A DNA stretch of 64,000 bases from contig BOKR01000001.1 of NCBI GenBank assembly GCA_016861085.1, positions 579,271-643,270 of the forward strand, written 5' to 3'. Below are positions 8,962 to 19,627 of this stretch, piece after piece (positions within the stretch are counted from its first letter, which is position 1; every line of letters begins with the position of its first letter). Made by a program: the position numbers and the translations under genes. The notes under the pieces were generated by a model. The model saw only the letters and a program-made list of their open reading frames with translations, was not told the DNA's origin and did no database searches. The DNA comes from Patescibacteria group bacterium. Its GTDB lineage: Bacteria > Patescibacteriota > Microgenomatia > UBA1400 > PJMF01.

Positions 8962-10536
8962 TTACCGAACTACCAAATCCTCAAAAACGTCTGTAATATC
9001 CCAAACCTGTAAACAGGGAGCTTTAAATGGTCTACAGTACTCTCTTAACAAATATTTTTCATCCAAGTTAAGATTGTTCCTATGGGAATTAACCACCAAC
9101 CATTTTCTTTCAAACTTACGAGCATTCTGAGCAAACTTTTCTGGAATGCCTCCAACAGGGTATCCTACTCCGTCTATCGAAATATTGCTAACATCTCTTC
9201 TATGAAAATAGAGATTTAACCCGTCTGGCAATGATCCAAAATATCCTTCTGTAGCAACAGCAATCGTTTTATTTCTTGATTCAGCTTTCAATAGTTGTGA
9301 TGTTTCATATAACCCATGACCTGATGACCACTCAGTTAAATATTGCACAGCGTCAGAAGAGACAAACGGAATTTGTCTGTGATTGGTTACTGCTGCAACA
9401 ATAAAAACCGCTGATGTCGCAATGGTATTAGCCAGCAAAAGCACTAAAAAACTGGAAAAAACAATGTACAGTACTATTTTTTTTGAAAACTGTTTACTCC
9501 ATACAAATAAATCTTCAATAGCAAACACACTTGCAAGCGTAAATAATAGAACTGCCGGAAATAAGTAGCGGGCATACACCATTCTTCCCATGATGCCCAC
9601 TGGTAACACATATAATAATCCAGACCAGAAAAAAATATGGACAATAGTCTTATTTTTTTTGCCAAACAGTCCTAACACCATGAATAATATAACTGTTGGG
9701 GTCATGTAGGAGAAGAAATATCCCGCATAAACAGGTAAACCTACGATAGTTTCTTTCCACTTACCAGCCAGTACCTCACTGAGTGGAAATAAAAAATCAC
9801 TACCTCTCCCAAACAATTGAGAGAATGAAGGCACAAAGGAAAGCGCTAAAAACATACCCATTCCGATAGAGAATGAAACAAAAACTTTACTTGCTGCCAG
9901 CAACAAAGCGTTTGTAGATTTTTGTCTAACTAAAAAAATTAATAAAAATAAGCTGGGAACAAATAAAATAGCCGGAATTTTTGCATATAATGCCAATCCG
10001 AAAAAAATTCCAGCCATAAAAACATTAAAAAATGTTTGCTTTTTTTTGAGAAGTCCAAAAAGAGATGTTATCGACAATTTTTTTATTGAGCTTTGTTGAG
10101 TTATTTCACGAATCAAGAAGAATATACTCACAGAAATCATAACTGTTAATAATCCATCTGTAAGCGCCATTCTGTGGTGGAAGAACCAAAATGGCAAAAT
10201 CATAACCAACAAACCAGCTACATATTGAGTCTTCTTATTTTTTGTTAATAACCCTGTTATTCTCATGATAACAACCATTTGCATTAATCCGGTCAACACC
10301 GAGACAATGCGTGCAGCAAATAATTGGTCATCAAACATAAATTGAAATGGGGTAAGCAACCAAAAAAATAATGGTGTTTTCCCATCATTCATAGAAAAAA
10401 AGAAATATCGAGCTGGTTCATCAATAATCAACTGAGCCCAACGAATATAGATTGCTTCATCAGCAAATACCGGCAATTCGAGTAATCCATATAAATGTGT
10501 TGCTAAATATGCTAAAACAAGTAAAACAAAGGCCAT
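8962..10536 (-). CDS. GT-C (ArnT/PMT-like, GT39/83) glycosyltransferase
   Basis: PVFADEAIY, DGKTPLFFW, RMALTDG; multi-TM. Confidence 0.85.
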   Translation of the reverse strand: MAFVLLVLAYLATHLYGLLELPVFADEAIYIRWAQLIIDEPARYFFFSMNDGKTPLFFWLLTPFQFMFDDQLFAARIVSVLTGLMQMVVIMRITGLLTKNKKTQYVAGLLVMILPFWFFHHRMALTDGLLTVMISVSIFFLIREITQQSSIKKLSITSLFGLLKKKQTFFNVFMAGIFFGLALYAKIPAILFVPSLFLLIFLVRQKSTNALLLAASKVFVSFSIGMGMFLALSFVPSFSQLFGRGSDFLFPLSEVLAGKWKETIVGLPVYAGYFFSYMTPTVILFMVLGLFGKKNKTIVHIFFWSGLLYVLPVGIMGRMVYARYLFPAVLLFTLASVFAIEDLFVWSKQFSKKIVLYIVFSSFLVLLLANTIATSAVFIVAAVTNHRQIPFVSSDAVQYLTEWSSGHGLYETSQLLKAESRNKTIAVATEGYFGSLPDGLNLYFHRRDVSNISIDGVGYPVGGIPEKFAQNARKFERKWLVVNSHRNNLNLDEKYLLREYCRPFKAPCLQVWDITDVFEDLVVR

Positions 10537-10538
10537 AG

Positions 10539-11855
10539 TTACATTCTACCCGATATCTGTATCTTCTTGGTGAGATCTTTTATATGAGTAAATACGTACA
10601 CTATAGGAATTAACCAAGTGATCAGTTTTTGTTGCAGTAAGATTTCATCGGAATATTCAAAACCATTTCGTAGCCAAGGAACATATCGTAGCAATGAACT
10701 AAAAGAAAAAACCAAAATCATATTTCTTACTGTCGAATTTTTGATGAATGGTACCCATACCAAAATCCACACTAAATACCAAGGTAAAAATTGCTGTGAC
10801 CTTGCTGTAAACAATGGAATGAATAAAATCAACGCCAGTACTGTTGGTATATACTTCTCTGCCAAACGAACTAAAAATAGCAGACCCTGTGAAATAAAAG
10901 CCGTTGGAATTGGCAATCTGAATCTAGCCTGAATAAGTTGTGCATATTTCTGTAGAAAGAAAATGAGTAGTGCAGCTAATACAAACAATGGCACTAATAA
11001 AACTGTAGCCAGTTTTACCGAAACTGATAAACCAAGTAGCAATGAAGCACAGATAAAATATACAACTTTATTTTTAAAACCACCTTGTATTCTATTTTGT
11101 AACAAACGTAGTAACATACTCACAGATAATACAGCTGGCGCCATCATCCAAACATCGTTATGATAGTTCGAGACTACCTCAAGAAGCAGCAATGGATTCA
11201 AAAAAACTAATGCTAACTCGTATGTATGTAAACCTCTTTTATATAACGTCTGCGATAAATGTTGGAGCGCAAAGTATAAAAATAGTAAGCTTCCTATCAT
11301 AAATAATCGAAACAATGCCAGTGTAACCAGGAACTTCTCTTGCCCTAAAAAGGAGGGAATCAAAGATAGCACAGTCCAGCCATATCCATACGGTGCGGTG
11401 GTGTGAATATTATGCATAAAACGCACCCAAGAATCTATATTAATGAAATCCAGAGCGGTTTTGACGTGGGGGTTATAGCCATATACTAAAATCATCTTTG
11501 CATTGAATACGTAATTAAAAATATCGTGTGACAGCGCATTGTATGAAAAAAGCAGGGGTATAAGTAGTAGAACATATCCCCAAAGTTGACGGGATTCTAA
11601 AGAAAATGTAAATGGTAATTGCTGCTTTTTTAGCTTTGAGAGCACCCAAGCATAGCAAAGAAAAAGCGTTATGACCAAAAATATATATGAGGCAGTAATA
11701 AATGTCGGATTACCATAAAACTGTTTCCACAGGTACAGTTGAAAATTCCAATATATTGGCTGGGAACTTAAGACTAAATTTGGTTCAGTTAAAATATAAG
11801 AGAAAACTGAATATAATGATAAAGTAGTAAAAAACAAACCAAACAATAGTAACAT
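10539..11855 (-). CDS. GT-C polyprenol-phosphomannose-dependent mannosyltransferase (MptA/B-like)
   Basis: LSHDIFNY, GYNP, APYG..W, LNPLLLLE, HNDVWM, PWY motifs. Confidence 0.8.
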   Translation of the reverse strand: MLLLFGLFFTTLSLYSVFSYILTEPNLVLSSQPIYWNFQLYLWKQFYGNPTFITASYIFLVITLFLCYAWVLSKLKKQQLPFTFSLESRQLWGYVLLLIPLLFSYNALSHDIFNYVFNAKMILVYGYNPHVKTALDFINIDSWVRFMHNIHTTAPYGYGWTVLSLIPSFLGQEKFLVTLALFRLFMIGSLLFLYFALQHLSQTLYKRGLHTYELALVFLNPLLLLEVVSNYHNDVWMMAPAVLSVSMLLRLLQNRIQGGFKNKVVYFICASLLLGLSVSVKLATVLLVPLFVLAALLIFFLQKYAQLIQARFRLPIPTAFISQGLLFLVRLAEKYIPTVLALILFIPLFTARSQQFLPWYLVWILVWVPFIKNSTVRNMILVFSFSSLLRYVPWLRNGFEYSDEILLQQKLITWLIPIVYVFTHIKDLTKKIQISGRM

Positions 11856-11857
11856 CT

Positions 11858-12616
11858 TTACTTATATTTGCCTCTGAGATCCGCAATTCTAATCGCAGCT
11901 ATATCTCGAACCATTCTTAACGAATCTTTAATTGGACTTACCCTATCAGATTCATGTGCTCTCCAATGTATAGGAACCTCTTTGAGTTGGTATCCTTTTT
12001 TTAGACCCAGATACAACAATTCAACATCAAATGCGCCTGTAAATGCATCCCTTCGTTCTTCCATTTTCCCATAGATATATAATGAATTGTATAAGTCCTT
12101 TGTTGCGCGAGCTGAAAACAGTTTAAAACCACATTGAGTGTCTAAAAACCCAGGTATTGCCAAAGCTTGAACCACAATATTAAAAACTCGCCCCATTAAG
12201 TGCCTTAAAAATGACTCTTTTGTCCTTCTTGCTCCAACTATTTCTCGAGAACCAATAACTACTTCAAATCCTTCATCTGCATACTTCAGCAGTTTCTCAA
12301 CGTCAGCTAGCGGAGTTGATTGATCAAAGTCGGTAAATAGCCGCCATTCGCCAGACGCTGCCAACATTCCGGCTTTTACAGTTGGTGCTTTTCCTGCATG
12401 TACGTTATGTAGAATCTTAATTCTTTTATCCCGTTTCGCAAATGTATCAAGAGCGTCAGCTGTGCCATCAGTTGAACCATCATCACTCATGATAAGCTCC
12501 CAGCCATATGCTTGCTTCTGCAAATACTCAAGAACTTCATCAAGAACCCCACGCTCTATATTTTTCATTTCATTATAAGAAGGAATTACGACTGAAAGGT
12601 ATGGTTTCATCTGCAT
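11858..12616 (-). CDS. GT2 dolichyl/polyprenyl-phosphate glucosyltransferase (Alg5-like)
   Basis: VVIPSYNE, DDGSTDGT, DFDQSTP, DTQCGFKLF, FDVELL. Confidence 0.9.
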   Translation of the reverse strand: MQMKPYLSVVIPSYNEMKNIERGVLDEVLEYLQKQAYGWELIMSDDGSTDGTADALDTFAKRDKRIKILHNVHAGKAPTVKAGMLAASGEWRLFTDFDQSTPLADVEKLLKYADEGFEVVIGSREIVGARRTKESFLRHLMGRVFNIVVQALAIPGFLDTQCGFKLFSARATKDLYNSLYIYGKMEERRDAFTGAFDVELLYLGLKKGYQLKEVPIHWRAHESDRVSPIKDSLRMVRDIAAIRIADLRGKYK

Positions 12617-12630
12617 AGCTGCATAATACA

Positions 12631-14175
12631 CTAATTACTATTTTTCCTTAAGACGGTAATTTCTGGTCCGTTCGGAATTAGATAAATTTCTGTAGGAATT
12701 TTATTTGGAAACGTTACAACCTCATAAACTGGTGAATCAACGTCTCTCTCTATTTTTCTTTCTTCATCAATGATAAATAATGTGTCGACCTCACCAAACT
12801 GGTCTTCAGGTACTGGTGGCTTTTCTGAAGCAGTTAAGAAATATCGGTAATTCTGGCCTCTAATATCACCTGTAGAATTGAGTAAGACAATGTTGTATTT
12901 TTCACCAACAACTACCCTGTCTTCTATTGTTTTTGCGACCGCCTGAATGTGAGCTATTGTCCACCCTAGTGAGTTTAGAATGACCTGCGCATGACGATAA
13001 TTAAACCGTGCAAACAAAACAATAAAAGTTAAAATTCCCAAGTACCCTATTATTTTTCTTGTAGATAAAAATTGTAGTACATATCCTAGTACAAAAAATG
13101 AAACTGGAAATAAGTACGCAATGTAATGCTCATAAATGTTTTGTTTATATAGAGATGTACCTAAAATTCCTGTGAAAAGAAAACTTGCAATAACTAATTC
13201 TCCAGTTACATCTTTTTTTTGCTTCTGTTTTTTATATATTGCATATCCAAAAATAAATAGTATTACTGCAGTAAGAGCAAAATTAATATTGTTTGCATGC
13301 TTGCCAATTGCTATTTCAGAAACAATTAGTTCACTTCTGAATCTAATATCAAGTAGAGCTTGATTATATTTATTTGTATCTTCAGCAACTTCTTTGCTAA
13401 ACGCATCTTCTTTTGTAAGAATTGCTAAAAAGGCATTTCTATTCAATCCATCATGCTTGAGATCAAACAAAAATAGTGGAGTTAAAGAAAATAGAAAGAT
13501 AAATGCCCCAATTACTGTAGAAACAAGCATTTGTTTTATAGATTGCTTGTTTTTTAGCTTTGTAACTAGCTGGTACATCCATAGCAGACCAAAACCGGCT
13601 CCAGACAACAAAGTGAGATAATGTAACTGAATTAATACTGCAAAACAAACCGTGACAGCTATCCAATATTTCACATCTTTTTTTAGAGCTTTATAGGTAA
13701 AAAAGAGTAATAACAAAGAAACAAATGGAGCAGGATTAGGATTCCAACTGAACCTAGTATTATGCGCTACTGTGGCTGAAAGACCAAACAAAGCACTTGC
13801 CCATAAAGCAACTTTTTCACCTAAAAATTGCTTTCCTATAAAATACATCAGAAACACCGTTACAATTCCAAGCAATGCGACTGCATACACAGGGCCCATT
13901 GGACTTGGATATGTCAGCATTAAAAATGGCAGCATGAAATAGTAGTACAACGGCCCTAAATACATATTTCCGACACTTGTGACAGGACCAATAAAAACAG
14001 GGTCAAGATTTTTAAAAATGCCAGCTACTAACAAAGCGTCTCTGCCCTGATCTCCAAGAAATTGAACTGTGCTTGGTATATTGTAGAGTCGCAAAAAAGC
14101 AGCGGCAAGAAGGATCAGTAACAACAAGTAGTGTTTCAACACAAATTTTTTAGGCAGTCTTACTTTGTTTTCCAT
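12631..14175 (-). CDS. GT-C (ArnT/PMT-like) glycosyltransferase
   Basis: FLGDQGRD, GPLYYY, RFSWNPN, IQLHY; multi-TM. Confidence 0.85.
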   Translation of the reverse strand: MENKVRLPKKFVLKHYLLLLILLAAAFLRLYNIPSTVQFLGDQGRDALLVAGIFKNLDPVFIGPVTSVGNMYLGPLYYYFMLPFLMLTYPSPMGPVYAVALLGIVTVFLMYFIGKQFLGEKVALWASALFGLSATVAHNTRFSWNPNPAPFVSLLLLFFTYKALKKDVKYWIAVTVCFAVLIQLHYLTLLSGAGFGLLWMYQLVTKLKNKQSIKQMLVSTVIGAFIFLFSLTPLFLFDLKHDGLNRNAFLAILTKEDAFSKEVAEDTNKYNQALLDIRFRSELIVSEIAIGKHANNINFALTAVILFIFGYAIYKKQKQKKDVTGELVIASFLFTGILGTSLYKQNIYEHYIAYLFPVSFFVLGYVLQFLSTRKIIGYLGILTFIVLFARFNYRHAQVILNSLGWTIAHIQAVAKTIEDRVVVGEKYNIVLLNSTGDIRGQNYRYFLTASEKPPVPEDQFGEVDTLFIIDEERKIERDVDSPVYEVVTFPNKIPTEIYLIPNGPEITVLRKNSN

Positions 14176-15353
14176 ATAAACTTGTTGTACGCAAAGAAAT
14201 TCCAAAACAAACCGATAATAATCCCTGTGGCGGCAAACACTAATCCTGTATCAACAACCATTCCAATGATTGGTACGACGAATAAATCGAATAAACCAAT
14301 AAATCGTTCACCTAGGAAGTTTACAATCAACTGAATAATAATAGATCCGCTAGAGGTAAGATTAAATTGCAAAAATTTTCCAAGCATCTTTGATTTATCT
14401 AGCTTTTTATCAGCAAAGGTCCAAGAATTGTTAAGTAAAAAATTTGATGCAATTGCGATTTCAATACTCAAAAATGTTGCTAAAATAAATTTTGACAAAA
14501 ATGCTAATTGAAAATCAGGCAAAACACTTCTAAATATTTGTAACGAAGTCAGCTGAATAAGTGTGCCAACTCCTCCAACAACTAGAAATTTAAAAACACG
14601 GCTAGTTACTAAATCATTCCAGCGCAATCTAAATAAGTAAAGCAACGTATCTTGCATGTATGAAAGTGGCAGTTTTGACTCTCCAATGGTTCTGTCAACA
14701 AATTTGAATGGAATTTCAATAATTTTGAATCGAGAACGATACACCGCATTCAAAAATCCAACTTGAAAAGTGTATCCAAGTATTTCTTTGTCAGTTATTT
14801 TATGAACAACCGCTTGGTATACCTTTTTACGTAATGCTCTAAAACCACCAGTCCAATCTTTGATTGAAAAGTTAGTGAGCAAAAGCTGTGCTACCAAATT
14901 CCCCACCACACTCATGAATTTTCTGTGGATTCCCCAATTATCAGGAATACCACCGCCAGGAATATATCTAGAGCCAACAACCATGTCAGCACCCTCATCG
15001 ATTGCTTTCATAAATTCAGGAATTTTTTTTGGATCATGAGATAAATCAGCGTCAAACTGAAGGACTACTTCTGCTCGCAGTTTGTTAAACGCTTCATCCA
15101 TCCCCTTTAAGTAAGCACCCCCAAGGCCAGCTTTTTGAGGATTAATGAGTAAATGTAACCTCTTATATTTTTTTTGTAACTGCTTTACAGCATCGTACGT
15201 TTTGTCAGGAGAAGTATCATCAACTACCAAAATGCCCATATCCCAACCTTTGACTTTTTCGAATTGTTCAAAAAGGAGCGGAACGACTGTTTGAATGTTC
15301 TCCTTTTCATTATATGTTGGAATGATAACAATTGCCTTCTGTTGCATGTACAC
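14160..15353 (-). CDS. Polyprenol monophosphomannose synthase (DPM1-like GT2) fused to GtrA
   Basis: IIPTYNE, DDTSPDKT, DADLSHDP, GSRY; C-terminal KFLVVG...NFLLNNSWTF...NKFIWK GtrA domain. Confidence 0.9.
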   Translation of the reverse strand: MYMQQKAIVIIPTYNEKENIQTVVPLLFEQFEKVKGWDMGILVVDDTSPDKTYDAVKQLQKKYKRLHLLINPQKAGLGGAYLKGMDEAFNKLRAEVVLQFDADLSHDPKKIPEFMKAIDEGADMVVGSRYIPGGGIPDNWGIHRKFMSVVGNLVAQLLLTNFSIKDWTGGFRALRKKVYQAVVHKITDKEILGYTFQVGFLNAVYRSRFKIIEIPFKFVDRTIGESKLPLSYMQDTLLYLFRLRWNDLVTSRVFKFLVVGGVGTLIQLTSLQIFRSVLPDFQLAFLSKFILATFLSIEIAIASNFLLNNSWTFADKKLDKSKMLGKFLQFNLTSSGSIIIQLIVNFLGERFIGLFDLFVVPIIGMVVDTGLVFAATGIIIGLFWNFFAYNKFIWKTK

Positions 15354-15363
15354 TTTCTATTAA

Positions 15364-16341
15364 CTAATCGCTCATTCTACCTTCTTTTTCAAGTTCAGCT
15401 TCAACCATAAGTTTCACTAAGCCCTCAAAATCCACAGAAGGTTTCCAACCCAACTTTTCCCTGGCTTTAGTTGGATCACCAATCAACAAGTCAACTTCTG
15501 CTGGTCGATCATATTTTGGATTATGCTTGTAAACTGATTCCCAATCTTCAATTCCAGCAAACTTGCAGCTTAGTTGTAAAAATTCTTTAACAGAATGTGT
15601 CTCGCCTGTTGCAACTACGAAGTCATCTGGTTTATCCTGTTGTAACATCAACCACATTGCTTCAACATAATCCTTAGCATATCCCCAGTCTCGTTTCGCA
15701 TCAAGGTTACCAAGCTCAACATGCTCTTGTTTTCCTAGTTTAACTCTTGCAACACCATTTGCAATCTTTCGTGTCACAAACTCCAAACCTCTTCGAGGTG
15801 ATTCGTGATTAAATAAGATTCCAGAAACAGCAAACATGTCAAAAGACTCTCTATAGTTAACTGTAATCCAATGACCATACACTTTTGCAACTCCATATGG
15901 GGAGCGTGGATAAAATGGAGTTGTTTCTTTTTGTGGAACTTCTTGAACTTTACCGAACATCTCACTTGAACTTGCTTGATAAAATTTAGCATGAGGACAT
16001 GCAAGACGCATAGCTTCGAGAACTCTGGTAACACCGAGTGCTGTAAATTCACCTGTTAAAACTGGTTGATCCCAACTTGCCTTCACAAATGATTGAGCAG
16101 CCAAATTGTATACTTCATCGGGCTGAATATCTTTTAATGCATAGGTTAATGAATGTTGGTCAATTAAGTCACCAGAAACTAATTCCAAATTTTCATCATG
16201 AATTATCTGTGCAATGCGAGCAAAATTTTGGGTACTTGTTCTTCTAGTCAGGCCATATACTTTATATCCTTTTTCCAGCAGCAACTCAGCTAAGTATGAA
16301 CCGTCTTGTCCGGTTATTCCTGTAATAAAAGCTTTCTTCAT
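15364..16341 (-). CDS. gmd: GDP-mannose 4,6-dehydratase
   Basis: [46 protein letters not shown]. Confidence 0.97.
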   Translation of the reverse strand: MKKAFITGITGQDGSYLAELLLEKGYKVYGLTRRTSTQNFARIAQIIHDENLELVSGDLIDQHSLTYALKDIQPDEVYNLAAQSFVKASWDQPVLTGEFTALGVTRVLEAMRLACPHAKFYQASSSEMFGKVQEVPQKETTPFYPRSPYGVAKVYGHWITVNYRESFDMFAVSGILFNHESPRRGLEFVTRKIANGVARVKLGKQEHVELGNLDAKRDWGYAKDYVEAMWLMLQQDKPDDFVVATGETHSVKEFLQLSCKFAGIEDWESVYKHNPKYDRPAEVDLLIGDPTKAREKLGWKPSVDFEGLVKLMVEAELEKEGRMSD

Positions 16342-16354
16342 ATGTTCCTTACTA

Positions 16355-17308
16355 TTAATTATTTCTATACCAACTCATAACTCTGCGCAATGTCTCTTCT
16401 AATGGAATTGTTGGTTCCCAACCAAGTAATTTCATTTTAGCATTATTGGCGACCATTTTTGGGATATCGTGTGGCCTCAATCTAGATTTATCAGTAACAA
16501 TCACAATTTCTTTTGTCGCCAATGCGGAAAGCTGTTCCACAATAGCACTCATGAGTACTCCAGTTCCAGAGCCAATATTGTATGCCTCACCACTTTTACC
16601 TTTATTCATTACTAAAATGTATGCTCGTACCACATCTTTTACATCTGTAAAATCTCTAACAGTTGATAGGTCTCCAACTTTTAACTCAGTTTGCTCACCA
16701 CGCTCAATTGCAACAATCTGCTTGGTAAATGCCGGAATAGCAAATTCAGTCGATTGCCGCTCACCGATATGGTTGAATGGTCTGACAGTTACAATATCAA
16801 GATCATATGAAACAAAATACGCGTATGAAAGCATGTCTTGTGAAATTTTTGAGACAGCATAGGGGTTAATCGGTCGAAACGGATGAGTCTCAGAAACTGG
16901 CAATTCTTCTTCTGAAATACTTACGCCATATTCTTCAGCCGAACCCACAACCAGTAATCGAGCTTTCTTACAATGATCTCTCACAGCAAGCAATACACTT
17001 TGTTGTACAGCAATATTATTCATTAACACTCTATCTGCCTCATCAAAACTCTTACCCACAAAGGCAAGTGCCGCAAGATGATACATTTGATCCGGCTGAA
17101 GTGACTGTAGTAATTTGGCTGTTGATTCACTGTCTGTAAGATCTAATCTGTGAATATTCTCGCTCCCAATCAATCTCGCGATGAACGAATCTTCACCTGA
17201 AAATGAAGTCACATGAATATCAGAGTATCCTTGTTCCAAAAGCGCTTCAACCAAATGAGATCCAGCAAAACCCGTACCGCCAGTGATTAGAATTCTTGGT
17301 TGTTCCAT
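16355..17308 (-). CDS. GDP-6-deoxy-D-mannose reductase (Rmd-like) extended SDR
   Basis: [34 protein letters not shown]; adjacent to gmd. Confidence 0.8.
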   Translation of the reverse strand: MEQPRILITGGTGFAGSHLVEALLEQGYSDIHVTSFSGEDSFIARLIGSENIHRLDLTDSESTAKLLQSLQPDQMYHLAALAFVGKSFDEADRVLMNNIAVQQSVLLAVRDHCKKARLLVVGSAEEYGVSISEEELPVSETHPFRPINPYAVSKISQDMLSYAYFVSYDLDIVTVRPFNHIGERQSTEFAIPAFTKQIVAIERGEQTELKVGDLSTVRDFTDVKDVVRAYILVMNKGKSGEAYNIGSGTGVLMSAIVEQLSALATKEIVIVTDKSRLRPHDIPKMVANNAKMKLLGWEPTIPLEETLRRVMSWYRNN

Positions 17309-17309
17309 A

Positions 17310-18599
17310 TTACCTTCCAACTCCAAAATACTGGTACCCAAGTTTTTCTATCTGTTTTTTTTCAAATTGGTTTCTCGCGTCAATAAAAATTTGTTTTTTA
17401 TTTTCTCTTACTTTGGCAAAATCAAATGCAACGATTTCTGACCATTCAATCAAAGCAATAATAATATCAGCTCCTTTACAAGCAGCTGTGATGGTTTCAT
17501 GATAAGAAACGTTTTTGTCATCTGGTATGAAATACTTTACAACTGGAAGTGCTTTTGGATCAAATCCCTGAACTTTTGCCCCTTTAGACAGTAAATAGGG
17601 AATAACCTTAACACTTGGGGCTTCCCGCATATCATCGGTATTTGGTTTAAATGATAAGCCTAACACTGCAACTGTTTTTTCTTCAAATCCCCCGATTTCT
17701 TGTCCATACTGGTCAAGTAGTTTTGAAATTCTGTATTCGTTCAACTCATGAATTTTATTAAACAAATTACCATCTTCACCAACTGATCTTGAATAGTGTG
17801 CAAGCTCTTTAACATCTTTTGGGAAACATGAGCCACCATATCCAAAGCCTGGATACCAATAATGTCCACCTACCCTTTTGTCTTCACTTATTGCGTCAAT
17901 TACTTCCTGAACGTCAGCACCATTTTTCTCGCACAAGTCTGCAATCTGGTTAATAAATGTGATTCTTGTTGCCAAATACGCGTTTGCAGCATACTTAGCC
18001 ATCTGAGCAGATTCAGGTGAAATACGGATAATAGGAGCTTGTAGGGGCTTGTGAAGATCTGCTAAAACACTGAATGCATACTCTTTCGTAGCGCCAATCA
18101 CAATTCGATCTGGATGTAACGTATCATGAACAGCGGTACCTTCTTTTAAGAATTCAGGTACTGATGCAGTCGCAAAATCTACTTTCGTGTACTTTTTTAT
18201 ATGTTCCTCTACTTTTGGTAAAGTTCCTGGAGGAACAGTAGATTTAATAACCACAACAGCTTGTTCCTTTAAATATGGTGCAGCACTCTCACTAGCTGCA
18301 AATACAAATCGTAAATCAGCATTACCATCTGCAGCAGAAGGTGTCCCAACTGCAACCACGATCACATCAGAATCAGTGATTGCGTCTTTATAGGAAGTTG
18401 TAAATGTAAGCTTGCCTTCTTTTTGAGTATGTACTAATAGTTCCTCTAAATTTGGTTCATAAAAAGGTACTTTTGAGTGACGAAGAGAATCAATCTTCTT
18501 CTCATCAATATCAAGACCAACAACCTCATGCCCAAAAGACGCATAAACAGCTGCTGTTACTACCCCCACAAATCCGGTACCAATAACTGTAATTTTCAT
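17310..18599 (-). CDS. ugd: UDP-glucose/GDP-mannose 6-dehydrogenase
   Basis: GTGFVG, PEFLKEG, GYGGSCFPKD, FKPNTDDMREAP. Confidence 0.95.
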   Translation of the reverse strand: MKITVIGTGFVGVVTAAVYASFGHEVVGLDIDEKKIDSLRHSKVPFYEPNLEELLVHTQKEGKLTFTTSYKDAITDSDVIVVAVGTPSAADGNADLRFVFAASESAAPYLKEQAVVVIKSTVPPGTLPKVEEHIKKYTKVDFATASVPEFLKEGTAVHDTLHPDRIVIGATKEYAFSVLADLHKPLQAPIIRISPESAQMAKYAANAYLATRITFINQIADLCEKNGADVQEVIDAISEDKRVGGHYWYPGFGYGGSCFPKDVKELAHYSRSVGEDGNLFNKIHELNEYRISKLLDQYGQEIGGFEEKTVAVLGLSFKPNTDDMREAPSVKVIPYLLSKGAKVQGFDPKALPVVKYFIPDDKNVSYHETITAACKGADIIIALIEWSEIVAFDFAKVRENKKQIFIDARNQFEKKQIEKLGYQYFGVGR

Positions 18600-18637
18600 A
18601 ATTGTTTCCAAGTATAACACTTTTCAAATACTACTTA

Positions 18638-19627
18638 CTAGATCAAATTTTTGGGATCAATCCACAGATAGGCACTAAAAATCCAGTCAACCAATCGCGT
18701 TGTTTCTAAATATCGGTCATCACTACCCATCACAACTACAATGATGTTGTGACCCTCACGACTAAATTGAGTGATCAACACTTGGGCAGCTCCTTGCGTC
18801 GTACCTGTTTTGATTCCTACAACGGTTGGGTCAACTCCAAGTAGTTGATGTGTAGAAGTCAAATAATGCTCATATTCTCCAGAAATGTCAGTAATTACTG
18901 CTTCTTTTATGGCCACGACAGACGCTAAAAAGTTGTCTTTCATAAAAACCTTGCTAAGGACCACTAAATCATGTGCAGAGCTCCGTTGAGTATCGTCGTC
19001 AAAACCAGCCGGATTTTTATATTGTGTGTTTATTAAATGCAACTCCTTTGCTCGCTCGTTCATCCTAGCCACAAATCCATCTAAACCCCTCTCAGAAGAA
19101 AGTGCCAATATGTACGCAGCATCATTGCTTGATTGAATTAATGCTGCTTTCAACAAGTTTTCTACTGTAATTTTTTCACCTACTCTAAACTCAAATTTTA
19201 AACCTTCAAGTTTTGGTAACTGAGGTACTAAAATAACGTCATTAAGCTGATACTCTTCAAGAGCAATCAATGCCGTCATTAATTTAGTAGTTGAAGCAGG
19301 TAAAAGAATTCTCTCACTGTTTCTTTCGAATAAAACAGTTCCTGTATCAAGGTCTTCAACATACACCGATTTAGCAGTAACCGTTTGGGAAAATTCTTCC
19401 AAGGTAAGGAAATTCTCTTCACCTAGGACGTTTTCAGTATTAGTTTGTGCTAATTTCTCTTTCAAAACTGGGATTTGTGTCACAGGAACTAAATAGACTT
19501 CGCTTTGCTGCTCCTTTTTTACACTGGACGTAACCAATGCATCAACACCACGATACATTGCAAACGTAATACCAACTACTAACAAACTAGCAAACAAATA
19601 GTATTTTTTTGTTCTCAGCTGTATCAT
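18638..19627 (-). CDS. D-alanyl-D-alanine carboxypeptidase (peptidase S11)
   Basis: PASTTKLMT (SxxK), SSNDAA (SxN), KTGTT (KTG); N-terminal anchor. Confidence 0.92.
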   Translation of the reverse strand: MIQLRTKKYYLFASLLVVGITFAMYRGVDALVTSSVKKEQQSEVYLVPVTQIPVLKEKLAQTNTENVLGEENFLTLEEFSQTVTAKSVYVEDLDTGTVLFERNSERILLPASTTKLMTALIALEEYQLNDVILVPQLPKLEGLKFEFRVGEKITVENLLKAALIQSSNDAAYILALSSERGLDGFVARMNERAKELHLINTQYKNPAGFDDDTQRSSAHDLVVLSKVFMKDNFLASVVAIKEAVITDISGEYEHYLTSTHQLLGVDPTVVGIKTGTTQGAAQVLITQFSREGHNIIVVVMGSDDRYLETTRLVDWIFSAYLWIDPKNLI

